DNA from: Emiliania huxleyi CCMP1516
Taxonomy: Eukaryota
Length of the DNA stretch: 64,000 bases
Assembly: GCF_000372725.1 (NCBI RefSeq)
Contig: NW_005201269.1
Coordinates: 1 to 64,000 of the forward strand
Direction of reading: 5' to 3'
Shown here: in pieces, positions 46,235 to 56,439 of the stretch
Numbering within the stretch: the stretch's first letter is position 1
Layout of the letters: every line of letters starts with the position of its first letter
The notes under the pieces: generated by a model
Told to the model about the DNA's origin: nothing
The model's database searches: none
Seen by the model: only the letters and a program-made list of their open reading frames with translations
Translations under genes and position numbers: made by a program

Positions 46235-47062
46235 TCACCACGCCGGCTGCCCATCGCCACGCTTGGGCCCCGTCCCCGGGATGTAGGGCCGCGCCGTCGT
46301 CGCGCCCGCCGCCCGCTCGTCGCCGAGTACGCCGAGCGTCAGAAACGCCACGCGGACGCAGTTTGCCAGCACGGCGGCCCTGAGCGGCGTGCGCTGCGGG
46401 TCGGCGCCGACGAGGTCGTCCACCGAGAGGTCGCCGAGCGCGGCGCCCCCGCCCACCTTTCTCCGCACCTCCTCCACCAGGGGAGAGTACTCGTCGCGCG
46501 CGCTCGCGTCGACGCTGGCGGCGGCAAGCGGCTCCTCCCCGCCGTCCCTGCCGTCCCCGCCGTCCCCGCCGTCCCCGCCGTCCCCGCCGTCCCCGCCGTC
46601 CCCGCCGGGCGGCGCGGCTTCCCCCTCCGCCTCGAGGGTAAGGTAGACGAGGGAGAGCCAAAGCGTCCGCAGCTCCGCCTCCTCCGGCAGCAGCGGCCGG
46701 CCCGCGGTCGAGTGCTCCGCTTCGCACGCCGCGACCGCGGAGCCCAGCGCAGGCAGCGGCACCCCGAGCCGGTAGCCGCCCACAGCAGACGCGATGAAGA
46801 GCTTAAGCGTGGTGACGTCGCCGCGCGCCGCGTCCATGCAGGCACGGACAAATGTGGCCTCGACGAGCTCGGCGACCTTTGACAGGGTGAGCGGAGCCGG
46901 AGGCGGAGTGCCCTCTGCTGCCACCGCCAACCGGACAGACGGGGTGCGGAATAGCGTGGGTGAGGCGAGGCGAGTGACCGCGTCGCAGCGAGACCAGCAG
47001 CCCGAGAGCGGGGAGGAGAGGGCCGCCGAGAGGGCCGCCTGCGCAAGCAGACCAGCGGCCAT
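46235..47062 (-). CDS. Hypothetical signal-peptide (possibly plastid-targeted) protein with a (GGD)n tract
   Basis: Hydrophobic N-terminus followed by a Ser/Arg-rich transit-like region; strong GC3; 9-bp repeat at ~46540-46605. Confidence 0.6.
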   Translation of the reverse strand: MAAGLLAQAALSAALSSPLSGCWSRCDAVTRLASPTLFRTPSVRLAVAAEGTPPPAPLTLSKVAELVEATFVRACMDAARGDVTTLKLFIASAVGGYRLGVPLPALGSAVAACEAEHSTAGRPLLPEEAELRTLWLSLVYLTLEAEGEAAPPGGDGGDGGDGGDGGDGGDGRDGGEEPLAAASVDASARDEYSPLVEEVRRKVGGGAALGDLSVDDLVGADPQRTPLRAAVLANCVRVAFLTLGVLGDERAAGATTARPYIPGTGPKRGDGQPAW

Positions 47063-47479
47063 TTTCCACAAAATAAAAAATAAATATGCAGCGAGGGAGG
47101 CGTGGAGCGAGAAGGGCGCCGCAGGCGCGAACAGGAGGTGGGGGAGAGCGCGCTAGGGAGAGCGTCTGGAGAGCGAGAGAGAAAACACTGAGGCCCGCTT
47201 CAGCCTTCACTCGGGGGTTGGAGAGAGATTTTTAAAGACGCTAGAGGGGGTTTGATACGGTTTGTGCATCATCGATTCGAGGCGAAGGGTAAGATCGTAA
47301 GAAGTAGCGCTAGCGGCTATAGATGACGCCCGGACCAGAATTGGGTTTGCAAAAGCTTTACACGACTGTCACTCTCTGGGGGCACACTTAAACGCGCGCA
47401 CACACATACGGCTTTACATGCCCTCACATGCCCTTAACGTTAAGAGAGTCGCCAAGACAGAGGGCCAATTGTCGCCAAG

Positions 47480-49031
47480 ACCTGTCAGAGCTTGATCTCC
47501 AATCTCAGCGGCGTCGAGTCGTCTCCGGCGGCGACAATTTTGTCCCTCCCCAGGACGCACAGAGGGAGTTGGTTTGTAAAATTCTTTTCTGGCGATGTGT
47601 CCACCCCACAACGCCGACTGTGGAGGACCCGTCGCCAGACGACGCAGGGCAGACGATGTGGGGGCGGAGCAGACGCGCAGAGGGCGAGATGAGGGAGGGA
47701 GCAGGACTTTGCGGAGATCAGCAGGAGGATGTACGAAGAGATTAGGAGCAGCAGGGACCCGAGGGACCATGTGGAAGACGGCTAGTGCTAGTCCCCCGTC
47801 GGGAGGACGACCCCGGCTAGTCGCCGACCACACCCACAAAGAACCCTGCACAAAGATCGCACGGGCGGGGACCTGTGTTCCTTTTTACCCATCTCACAGT
47901 AGAGAGGTGTGGCTGGTTCCAATTCACTCTGACACGCTGATCTTGAAAACGCGTCCAACGGAGCTCCGTGTTGCTCCCAGCGGAGCCCCCCGCGCTTCCT
48001 GCGGCCATGGCCGATGATACTAGTATGAGAGGTCATCTGGCTACCGCGAGCGCGACTCAACTCGCCGACGTCGTCCGATGATTGTGCCTCAAAGTCAGCC
48101 TCCGGAGGCTATCGTGGGGTCGAGCCGGCGGTAGCCGTGACATGTGGTTCCACCACCCTCGCAGGCTTTGCCTCTGACCGCCACCGTTCCCAGGCCGCTG
48201 CCTAATGGGGTGGAAAGGAAGGCTGGGCGAGCGTATAGAAGCGTGCTCGACCTCGTCGTGGCAACCTGCACGGCAGCGCTGGTAGGCGCGATGAGCGTCG
48301 TGCCACCTGACCCAAGACGGGTCGCAGGCGTCGTACCGAGCGTGTTGAGACCGTGTCCTGATGTGATCTGCACGGGTGAGTCTCGTCGGCGTCAAAGGAG
48401 CGACGTGCGACCTGTCAGAGCTTGGTCTCCGATCTCAGCGGCGTCGAGTCGTCTCCGGCGCGCGACAAAGGTACATACCCAGGACGCGCAGAGGCAGCTC
48501 CAAATAAATAAATAAATAAATAAAAACGGTCAAACTCTGAGACGAGATGGGATTTAGGGACATGTGTCCCCGCCCTGCACGATCTTGGTGTGAGGGATCT
48601 TCAATCCGTCCCCTCACCCCCTGGTCACTACCCGACACTAGAAGAGCAGCAAGAGTTGGGGCTGCGGCTACGGCTGCGGCTGCGGCTACGGCTGCGGCTG
48701 CGGGAGGGGCTATGGTCGCGGGAGAGCCGCTGCGCCGCGTGGGCGCGCCTACACCGCGCTTGCTCCGCTCGCCACCTCTCGCAAAGGTCCAAAGTCATAG
48801 CCATCACCTCCTCCGGCAAGTCCTTTTCGCCTATCTCGCCGTCCCTCCATGCCTGGTAGAGCTCGTCATCATACGTAGCCATATTTTGCATCACAGCCTG
48901 CTGCACTGCGTCGTGCACAACCCCTGCCACCCTATCCCGCGCCTCAGCGTCGGAAAATTCGAGCTCGGAGTCATACCAGGAAGGAGCAAGGAGGCAGCTC
49001 CAGCTGCGACCCCCCGTTTTATTTATTTATT
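47480..49031 (+). mobile_element. Composite nested retroelement cluster
   Basis: 47614-47910 is the 3' end of the 6679-8106 family; 47911-48500 is the 22584 repeat; the cluster ends ccgttttatttatttatt at 49014-49031. Confidence 0.8.
48503..48990 (-). mobile_element. Nested 5'-truncated LINE-like insertion with (TTTA)n tail and 12-bp TSD
   Basis: TSD gaggcagctcca at 48491-48502 and 48991-49002; (aaat)n at ~48502-48525. Confidence 0.88.
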
Positions 49032-49500
49032 CCAAACGTAGCGCCAGCCAGTAGCAGTACCACATGCCTATCGGTACTACGGCACACGAACCTGAGATTC
49101 CGACAGCACCAGCGGAGGAGCGGACCACACACACACCAAGCATGTCGTGTGCACAGAAGAGCCTCACTCTCTACAGACTGCACCGCGTACAAGCAGAGCT
49201 AGCGAGGAGAGAGACCAGAGAGCGTTCAGAAAGGACCACCGCGCACCGGCCTACAGCGGGGCAATCCGCCGTACTAGTGTAGGAAAGCCCCTGCGCTAGC
49301 GAGCGCCTGGCAGGCGCATTCTCGGAGTCGAGACGGGAGCGCCAGAGCTGCCCGCGCCGCCGACAAAGTGGAGCTCGGCGACGCACCGCCGGGCGCACTG
49401 CGCCGAGAGCGCGAGAGGCGCGCTTCCGCGGCGAGATACGGCGAGGTACAGCCGGAAACAGAGGGAGCGGGGTGCCGGTCCCGGTGCGCCTCCCTCCCTC

Positions 49501-51783
49501 TCAGCCATCGAGCTCGATCGGGTCCTGCTGCGTGCCCGGCGCGGGCGGCGCGGGCGCCACGTCCCACGCGAGCGCCTCCGCCACCGAGTGCACCGTCGGC
49601 GGCAGGCGCCACCTGTTTTGCTTTCCATCGATGCCGAGCATCGTGAAGGCGTCGGGCTTGAAGCCGGCTGTCACCGGCACCTGGAGCGGCGCCATCAGCG
49701 CCATCAGCGCGCGCAGCACGCGCTGCAGCTCCGCGCGCTCGTCGAAGTCCCTCACGTAGACGCAGCAGACGACAGCCTCGCGCACGAGCTCGTCCGGACC
49801 TGCACCGGTCGGCGCGACCTTGGCGCTGCAGCCGAGCTCGCCCGTGGCCGTGGCGCGCGCGATCGCCGCCCACGCCGCGTCGGCAACGCCCGGCGGGAGA
49901 AACACCATCCACTTTCCGGTGGTGTAGCCCTGCCGCCGCGCAGTGTCCAGCAGGCGCTCGACACACTCCCTCTTGGCTGCCGCCGGGACGTTGGCGCCGC
50001 GGTCGATGATGTCGCTGATCTGCTGGAGGGCCGGCTGGTACGGCGCCTCCGAGAAGTCGCCGCCGCCCGAGGAGCCGGGCGTGCCAGCCGCGCGGCTGTG
50101 TACCTGCACCCACGCCACCTGTGCAGCCGGGACGAGCGACGGCTTGACAGCCTCGATCCAGCGGTGCAGCGGCTCGGTGTCGTCCCAGACGATGCGCCCT
50201 CCCGCCATGCTGCGGATGCGCTCCGCCATGGTGCGAGCCCCCCGGGAGGCCTCCCCCTCCCGCCCGCCTTGCGCACGGCTCGCGGGCACCGAGGAGGGGT
50301 CGACGAGGTAGTCGACCGCGCGAGCTGCGTCGCCGAAGGCTGCGGCCAGGGCAGCGAGCGCGTCCTCCCGCGGGAACCCCATCGCAGAGAGCGAATCCAC
50401 CACAGCCGGGTCGACGCGAAACGTCGCTGCGGGCGGTGGCGCCGCCGACGGGCCGCCCTCTCCTCCGCTCGCCGCGAAGGCCCGCGACTCGTTCAACCGC
50501 TTCGCCTCCGCGCGTTTGCGGTCCGTCAGCCGCCACTGCACCGAGACGCGGTGCCCGAGGCCGAGGCGCGACTCCATCCAATCCGGCAGCGACCCGCGGG
50601 CGGTCGGCGGCGGCGGCTGCTCGCGGTAGACTGCGCGCACCCCGTGGAACGCCGCGCAGCCGGAGAAGGCGACGACGTCGCCGCTGCGCAGCCGGACGGG
50701 CTTGCAGGAGCGGCACTCGCGCCCCTTCTCGCCGCGCGCGCACGCCGCGCAGAGCCGATCGCGTAGCAGGTGCGTGTAGTGCTCTTCTGTCCTGTATCGC
50801 GACTCCTTCCCTTTGTGAGGCGCATCGTCCCAGACGACCCAATGCCCTTCGCCGCCGCCGCCGCCGCCGACGCACCACGTCTCGCGCGTCTGCCGCGCCT
50901 CGCAGCGACCCGGCTGGTCGAAGAACATGTCGCACTCGCCGAGGTTGAGCAGCACGACGCCATCAGTCCCATCCTCGTCGACGTGGCCGTGCATCCGCCC
51001 GCCCTCCTTTCGGTCGAGCACCCGGCACCAGTTGAACTGGTCGCTGCTGAGGCCGTAGAACATGCGGGCGAGTTTCGATGGCGCGGCGCCCTCCTGCTTG
51101 AGCGGGAAGTCGTGCACGCGCAGCGAGCAGTCCAGCCCCTCCTCCGCCGCCGCAAAGATGCGAGACTGCTGCTGCCCCTCGGACTCCTCCACCGCCCACA
51201 CCGCCGCCCGGACGGCGCGAAGGGCGTCGAGGCTGCGCGGCTGGGAGGAGTTGAAGAGCACCTCGAAGTTGTCGTTCGAGATGGAGTTGCCCTTTGTCAG
51301 CGACGAGGTGCGGCCCGGCTCGGCCATCGCCTTGGCCGTCCCTGGGCGGATGTTGGACTCGCCCGGTCGAATGTCGGCGCTCTTGACGACGTGCCGGCCA
51401 TGCGCGCCGTCAAAGTTGCGAAAAACGACGGCGAGGACCTCGCCGCGTTTTCCGCGGAGTAAAACCTTTGCGTCCACGGCGGCGGCCTGGATGTCGATGG
51501 CCGCGCCGCCGACAATGGGGCGGGGCGGCGCCGTGGGAGGTGGCGCGGCGGGAAGCGGCGGCACGGCGGCGCCCGGCGCGGGCTTCTTGCTGACGGCACG
51601 CGGAGTTTCAGCGACGTCAGCCTGGCGCCGCTTCAGGATCTTTGTGGCAGTGGAGATGAGCCGCTTCCGCTCCACCTCCTCCTCGTATGCCTCCCAGCAG
51701 CCGTTGCAGTAGGACACCGAAGGGTTCGCAAGGTCGACTGCCAGCGAGAGAGATTGGACACCGCACTCCGCGCAGGCCGCCAT
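49501..51783 (-). CDS. Zn-finger - AlkB-like 2OG-Fe(II) dioxygenase - UBA - DUF1917/Bles03 (eIF4E-like) fusion
   Basis: CAEC..YCNGC; HVD, VVLLNLG, LRSGDV, FHGV, RVSVQWR; UBA LSAMGFPREDALAAL..AVDYL; GKWMVF, SAKV, CVYVRDF, FKPDAFTMLGI. Confidence 0.75.
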   Translation of the reverse strand: MAACAECGVQSLSLAVDLANPSVSYCNGCWEAYEEEVERKRLISTATKILKRRQADVAETPRAVSKKPAPGAAVPPLPAAPPPTAPPRPIVGGAAIDIQAAAVDAKVLLRGKRGEVLAVVFRNFDGAHGRHVVKSADIRPGESNIRPGTAKAMAEPGRTSSLTKGNSISNDNFEVLFNSSQPRSLDALRAVRAAVWAVEESEGQQQSRIFAAAEEGLDCSLRVHDFPLKQEGAAPSKLARMFYGLSSDQFNWCRVLDRKEGGRMHGHVDEDGTDGVVLLNLGECDMFFDQPGRCEARQTRETWCVGGGGGGEGHWVVWDDAPHKGKESRYRTEEHYTHLLRDRLCAACARGEKGRECRSCKPVRLRSGDVVAFSGCAAFHGVRAVYREQPPPPTARGSLPDWMESRLGLGHRVSVQWRLTDRKRAEAKRLNESRAFAASGGEGGPSAAPPPAATFRVDPAVVDSLSAMGFPREDALAALAAAFGDAARAVDYLVDPSSVPASRAQGGREGEASRGARTMAERIRSMAGGRIVWDDTEPLHRWIEAVKPSLVPAAQVAWVQVHSRAAGTPGSSGGGDFSEAPYQPALQQISDIIDRGANVPAAAKRECVERLLDTARRQGYTTGKWMVFLPPGVADAAWAAIARATATGELGCSAKVAPTGAGPDELVREAVVCCVYVRDFDERAELQRVLRALMALMAPLQVPVTAGFKPDAFTMLGIDGKQNRWRLPPTVHSVAEALAWDVAPAPPAPGTQQDPIELDG

Positions 51784-51967
51784 TGGGCTTACCCTGGAGG
51801 TCGCTCGCGCGGCGCCTGCTCAAAAATCGACAAAAAAGCAGAATTTAAAAGCAGAAAAAAGGGGAAAAAGCCATGCCGCGGTCCGCTAGGTGCGCTCCTT
51901 AGCTCCCCGGCCCTGGATGTGAGGCTGATGACTGCACTCCAAGTGCTCCAAGTGCTCCAACCAAAGC

Positions 51968-52225
51968 TACTCGACTTGCAATCCCAAACTGTCACTCCCC
52001 TCTCTCCCGGCCGGGGTGGGGCGCGCGAGAGAGAGATTTTTAGCAATACCAAACAACTCTAACACTCACACGTCATTTGGGGCCTGGATTTTTGTGTGGC
52101 GCGCGCGGGGGCGGCGGGTGTGCGGCGGGTGTGCGGGATGTCTGTGGGACCGAGAGAGCGATGTGCTTGTGTCCGCCTTGGCCCTTGCGTTTGTTTTCAT
52201 AACATCGAAGGCTAGCTCAAAAAAG
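51968..52225 (+). repeat. Dispersed repeat, direct copy 1
   Basis: Matches 59808-59972. Contains a ~70-bp insertion between ggcgcgcg duplicates at ~52020 and ~52098. Confidence 0.85.
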
Positions 52226-52449
52226 CTCGGCACCCAAAAATAGATTTTTTCGTTAGTCGCTCTAGAGGGTTAGACCAGCTTCGAGACGACGACAAGAACC
52301 ACGATGTCCGGCAGCTGCGGTACTCGATGATGCGCTGCCGCAGCTCAACGCCGTACTAACTCCAACAAGGGCGACCGCACCTCCAAGCACAATGGGGTGC
52401 TAAGGGCCGCCCAGAATGCCATCCGGGCGCGCTCGGTTGCAGCATCATC

Positions 52450-53140
52450 CTCAAAAAAAACCCGAGGTGACGCGGCACCTCAACGACACGTCCGTGACTG
52501 ACATCTGCGAGCTCGGCGGTGACTTCGCCACGATGCGGGACGTGCATTACGAGGTCAAGTGCTGGAACCCTCTCATCAAGTCGACGACGTCGGGGAGAGG
52601 GGCTCGTGGGACGATGGTGGCAGTGTGGCGTCGGTGGGCCACCTCTACGGGTTTGGAAACACGCTGGACAAGGCGTTGACGGCGGTCGTGGGGTGCAAGG
52701 AGCGTGGCCGTCAGGTGGACGGACCGCTCGACCACTCGACTGGAAAGGGATGGGTCAACGACCACGCGTATGGAGACGGCCTCCACGTGTTCGCCAAGGA
52801 AGCGGCGGGCACCAACACGGACCGGACGGTGTACGGGGCGGCGTCGGCGAGCGCCTCCTCCTTCGTCGTCCACCACACGCAGCAGATCTCCATGGCGGCG
52901 GTGGCGGGCGACGCCGAAAACATCAACAAGCAGGCGCGCAAGATGCGCACCAACTGGGTCACGAACAAGCAAACGGCGGACGGCTTCTTGCGCTCAGCCG
53001 CAGTGGAGGGCGCCCGTACCGCCTAGCTCCGCGGACGGGCCCCTCCACCCCTCACGTACGGATCATGTAGTCCCCACAATCGCTGTCGTGGGATCGCTTG
53101 TCATGTGAGAGAGTGCGTTGTGTTCTTGTTTTGTTTTTGT
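52450..53140 (+). mobile_element. Degenerate C-terminal fragment of an RLE-type non-LTR retrotransposon
   Basis: D...YEVK nuclease-like motif and DRTVYG...SFVVHHTQQIS; frameshifted; T-rich 3' tail at ~53120-53140. Confidence 0.55.
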
Positions 53141-53480
53141 GCGAGGGAGATTCGGTGTAAAATTCTAAAAAAAAAGCGAGAGTCGGCGTGGAGGGCGATG
53201 AACGCGCCGCGCGGGGCGCCGCCTCACCGGCCCTCGTGGCGCAGAGTGAGGCGGCGAGAACCGAGCGAGCACGTGAGCCCCGTGGCTCCAACCGGGCCCT
53301 TCCTTTTTTGAGCAGGTGTGCCGCCGCGCGAGCGACGCTCCGAGACCGAGTTAGGCTGTACGAGGTTTTCCTCTCGCACCCCGTCTGTTTTCCTTTCCTT
53401 TTTTCTCTACAACACCCTCTCTTTTCCTCTCTCTTTTCCCGGGAAAACTCCGTGGAAATCGTCAAATTTTTGGCTCTGAG

Positions 53481-53659
53481 CCGAGTCTGAGGCTGGTTTG
53501 GGCCCAAAATCAGCCAAATTTTAGGCCAAATCGGCAAAATACCGGGAATTTTGCGGAGAACCCGTGTAGACCTGGAAATTACCCGGCGACCGCCTGGGTA
53601 TTTTGTCGATTCCTCAATTTTGCCTCAGATTTTGCCCCAGACCAGCTCTCAGACTCAGG
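53481..53659. repeat. Imperfect palindrome (MITE-like)
   Basis: ccgagtctgaggctggtttgggcccaaaatcagccaaatt pairs with aattttgcctcagattttgccccagaccagctctcagactcagg; inner aaaatacc/ggtatttt. Confidence 0.65.
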
Positions 53660-54982
53660 GAAACTCGCGAGTTTCCAGAATGGAGCACCAAACACCCTCT
53701 GTTTTCCCTGGAAATTTCCGGAAACGCAAAGTGCTGGGGACCCTCGGTTTTCCTTTTTGTTTGCCGGAAAACCTCGTACAGGCCAAGCTCCGAGATCGCC
53801 CGAGATAGCGCGGCGCGGCCCCGAGATCGCCCGAGATAGCGTGAGATCGCCCGACCTCGGCACTCGGCGAGGTGGATGGGTTGGGAGCGAGGGGGCGGAA
53901 GTGATCAGTGCGGTAGAGGGTCAGCTCGGGGCGCGTGAGCCGGACTTGGGGGCCGGACGGCTTTCATTTTCTCTCTGCGTTCTCGCACATGGAGTGCGAG
54001 GTATCGTATTGGTGCAGCCGGCCTAAAGGCGCATCTTCCACACTGGTAAGCGCGCCGCCTATGCACGGCCCGCATGAGGGCGCCGCGCGCCGCTCGCGGT
54101 GCCCACACCATCGGGACCGGTCCGGAGCACCCAGCGACCGGTGTCGAATCGCCAGATTCGACCGTGCTGGCCTCCTGGAGCAACGCGCTGTCGCTCGCAA
54201 TGACGCGATACGCGCGCTTTTTTAGCTCCATTTTACACCGATCGTTCGCGCCCAGACCACTCCCATCCATCGAGGACACATGAGTAGCCTCTCACGATCA
54301 GCGTCGATATCCCTGACGCCGAAATGGCCGCGAGGCAGGCGGCGTTTGTGCCGCCACCCCTCAAGTACACGCGCGGCACGATGGCGCGGTACATCAACAC
54401 CGTCTCGTCCGCACAAATGGGCTGCGTCACGGACGAGTAGTACTGCGGCAGCGGCGGCTCCTGTGCATGTGCTGTCCGAGCAGCGAGCACGCACCGACGT
54501 CGGGGAACCACGGGTGATGAGAGGAGAGGAGACCTTGAGGGAGAGGGTGACCTACCTACCTACCTACACACTGCTCAGCTTAGCTAAAACTTGGGCAACT
54601 CTTTTTCGAATTTCAGCCGAACTTGAAGGCAAGCCCACGGCGCCACCGGAGGAGCTGCTCGCCGAGACGCTGCGCGAGCTGCGGAGCGCCAAGTTCAGCT
54701 TCGAGGCCGACCGCTTCACCTCGCAGGAGCGCATGCTCGACTTTGAGTGGGTGGTCAAGACCTCCCTCGCGCAGGCGGAGGTGTGGTAGGAGTCGTAGTA
54801 GTCCCGGGTTACCACGTTGAAGAGCGTGAGAGTGTCGGCTGGAGCGCGGGTGCAGGCTCGCGTGGAGCGCGGGACTCGATCGGTCGCTGCGACGATAGAT
54901 TGTACTCTAACACACGACGCTCGGTCCCTTTCCACACGGTTACGCCCGCCGAAGCTCGCGAGGCGAGCATACCGAGGCTCAG

Positions 54983-56059
54983 CTAACGCACTAAGGGTCC
55001 CACGTGGTCATGCGTGCATGCTGTTGCATGCTGTCGTCCGTCCCGCGTCTCAGCGGCTCCGTCGCACCGAGCGTGACGCGCGCGCGGGCGTTCCGACGCC
55101 GCGTGGTCCGCCGGACAACTCCCTGTCGTCGTTGCGCAGCAGCGGAACGGTCCGTGGCTCGCATTCGGGTTGCCCATGCCGCGTTGCCCACTGTCCTCAC
55201 TGGCGCACGGGTTGCAGTGCTTCTCGATGTGCACCGGTTGCCCGAGGAGGACATGCCATATGTGCTCGAACGCCGAACCCGCCCAATTGAGCCCGAAGTT
55301 GGAGGCCTTGTCGAGCACAGATGCCTTGATTGGGTTGGCACCATCGAAGGTGAGGGCCACCTCGAGCCCAACTTCGTACACTTGCCGCGGGTTGCGCCGC
55401 AGCGCGCGCCGGGAAGCGAGAAATTGCGCACAGCACTCGAAGGAGACGTTACGCACACCCGTGTGCTGGCGTGGCAGATGTGGCGTCGGGTCGTCGATCG
55501 CGTCGCGCGCGAGCGCGGCGCTGGCTGGCCGGAAGCTTGAACGCCACCGACGCCAAAGCTCCGCGTAGCCTGGCTCCCAGTCCCGGTAGTGGATATCACG
55601 GTGTGCAACGTATGTCGTCGGCACGATCGGCACATAATCGGGGACAGTTTCTGCAGCATTCCACTCTGGAGGCGCCTCACGCCAGAGGCACGCTGCCACG
55701 CGATGCAGCGTGTGCCTTGTGCCGTGCGGTGCACCGTGGACAAAGGCCACCCACTGTGGTAGTGTGTCGTAGCGCTCCGCCATGTAGTGCAAGTACGCCG
55801 GTGTCTCGCGACCGCGATTGGGCACGAATCGACGTCGGCAACACGCGCCACAAGTGATGTTGCGTACCGCAGCCGGTGTCCTGTACGAGGGATGGGCCCT
55901 GCCAGAGTCGACTACCTGGTAGAATGTGACTGGCGATTGGCGCACGAGCGGCAGCACGGCCTCGAACGACTCGTCAAAGCGCACCCACACAAATTCGAGC
56001 CAACCGCCGAAGGAACACGATGCGGCAGCGTCTGCAGGCGTTGCCGCTCGTCCCGGCAT
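54983..56059 (-). CDS. DUF3431-like protein
   Basis: PNRGRETPAYLHYMAERYDTLP..VAFVHG, CCAQFLASR and FEHIWHVLLG. Confidence 0.75.
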   Translation of the reverse strand: MPGRAATPADAAASCSFGGWLEFVWVRFDESFEAVLPLVRQSPVTFYQVVDSGRAHPSYRTPAAVRNITCGACCRRRFVPNRGRETPAYLHYMAERYDTLPQWVAFVHGAPHGTRHTLHRVAACLWREAPPEWNAAETVPDYVPIVPTTYVAHRDIHYRDWEPGYAELWRRWRSSFRPASAALARDAIDDPTPHLPRQHTGVRNVSFECCAQFLASRRALRRNPRQVYEVGLEVALTFDGANPIKASVLDKASNFGLNWAGSAFEHIWHVLLGQPVHIEKHCNPCASEDSGQRGMGNPNASHGPFRCCATTTGSCPADHAASERPRARHARCDGAAETRDGRQHATACTHDHVGPLVR

Positions 56060-56439
56060 GATCGTCGCCCAACGAAAAAATAGTGCGCGTTGCGGTTGCG
56101 AGCCGACGGGACGATCGTCGGCGCGCGCTTGTCAGAGCACTTCGTCCCGCGAGCACTTCGTCCTAGCCTGTGCACTAATTCACAGCCTTGTTATTGAGAA
56201 GAAAATACCTCGTATGGCGCTGTGCGTTGGCCTGTTCACATCTCTTCACTTCACATAAACGCACAACTCCGGACCCAAGACGCACAAGCACAGACAGTCG
56301 AGAAGAGGGGGAGAGACAGCAACGACAGTCAGAAGTCAGCGCTGGGTCCCAGGCAGGAAGGCGAATGCGATGACGGCCTCTAGTGTGAGCTCTAGCTAGT
56401 GAGCTCATACGCACGCCGGCAGATCGCGACTATATACAG

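Noticed and set aside
51921..51960. Hammerhead ribozyme core (CTGATGA plus stem)
   Set aside because: No GAAA after stem II, and CTGATGA is not conserved in the other three copies.
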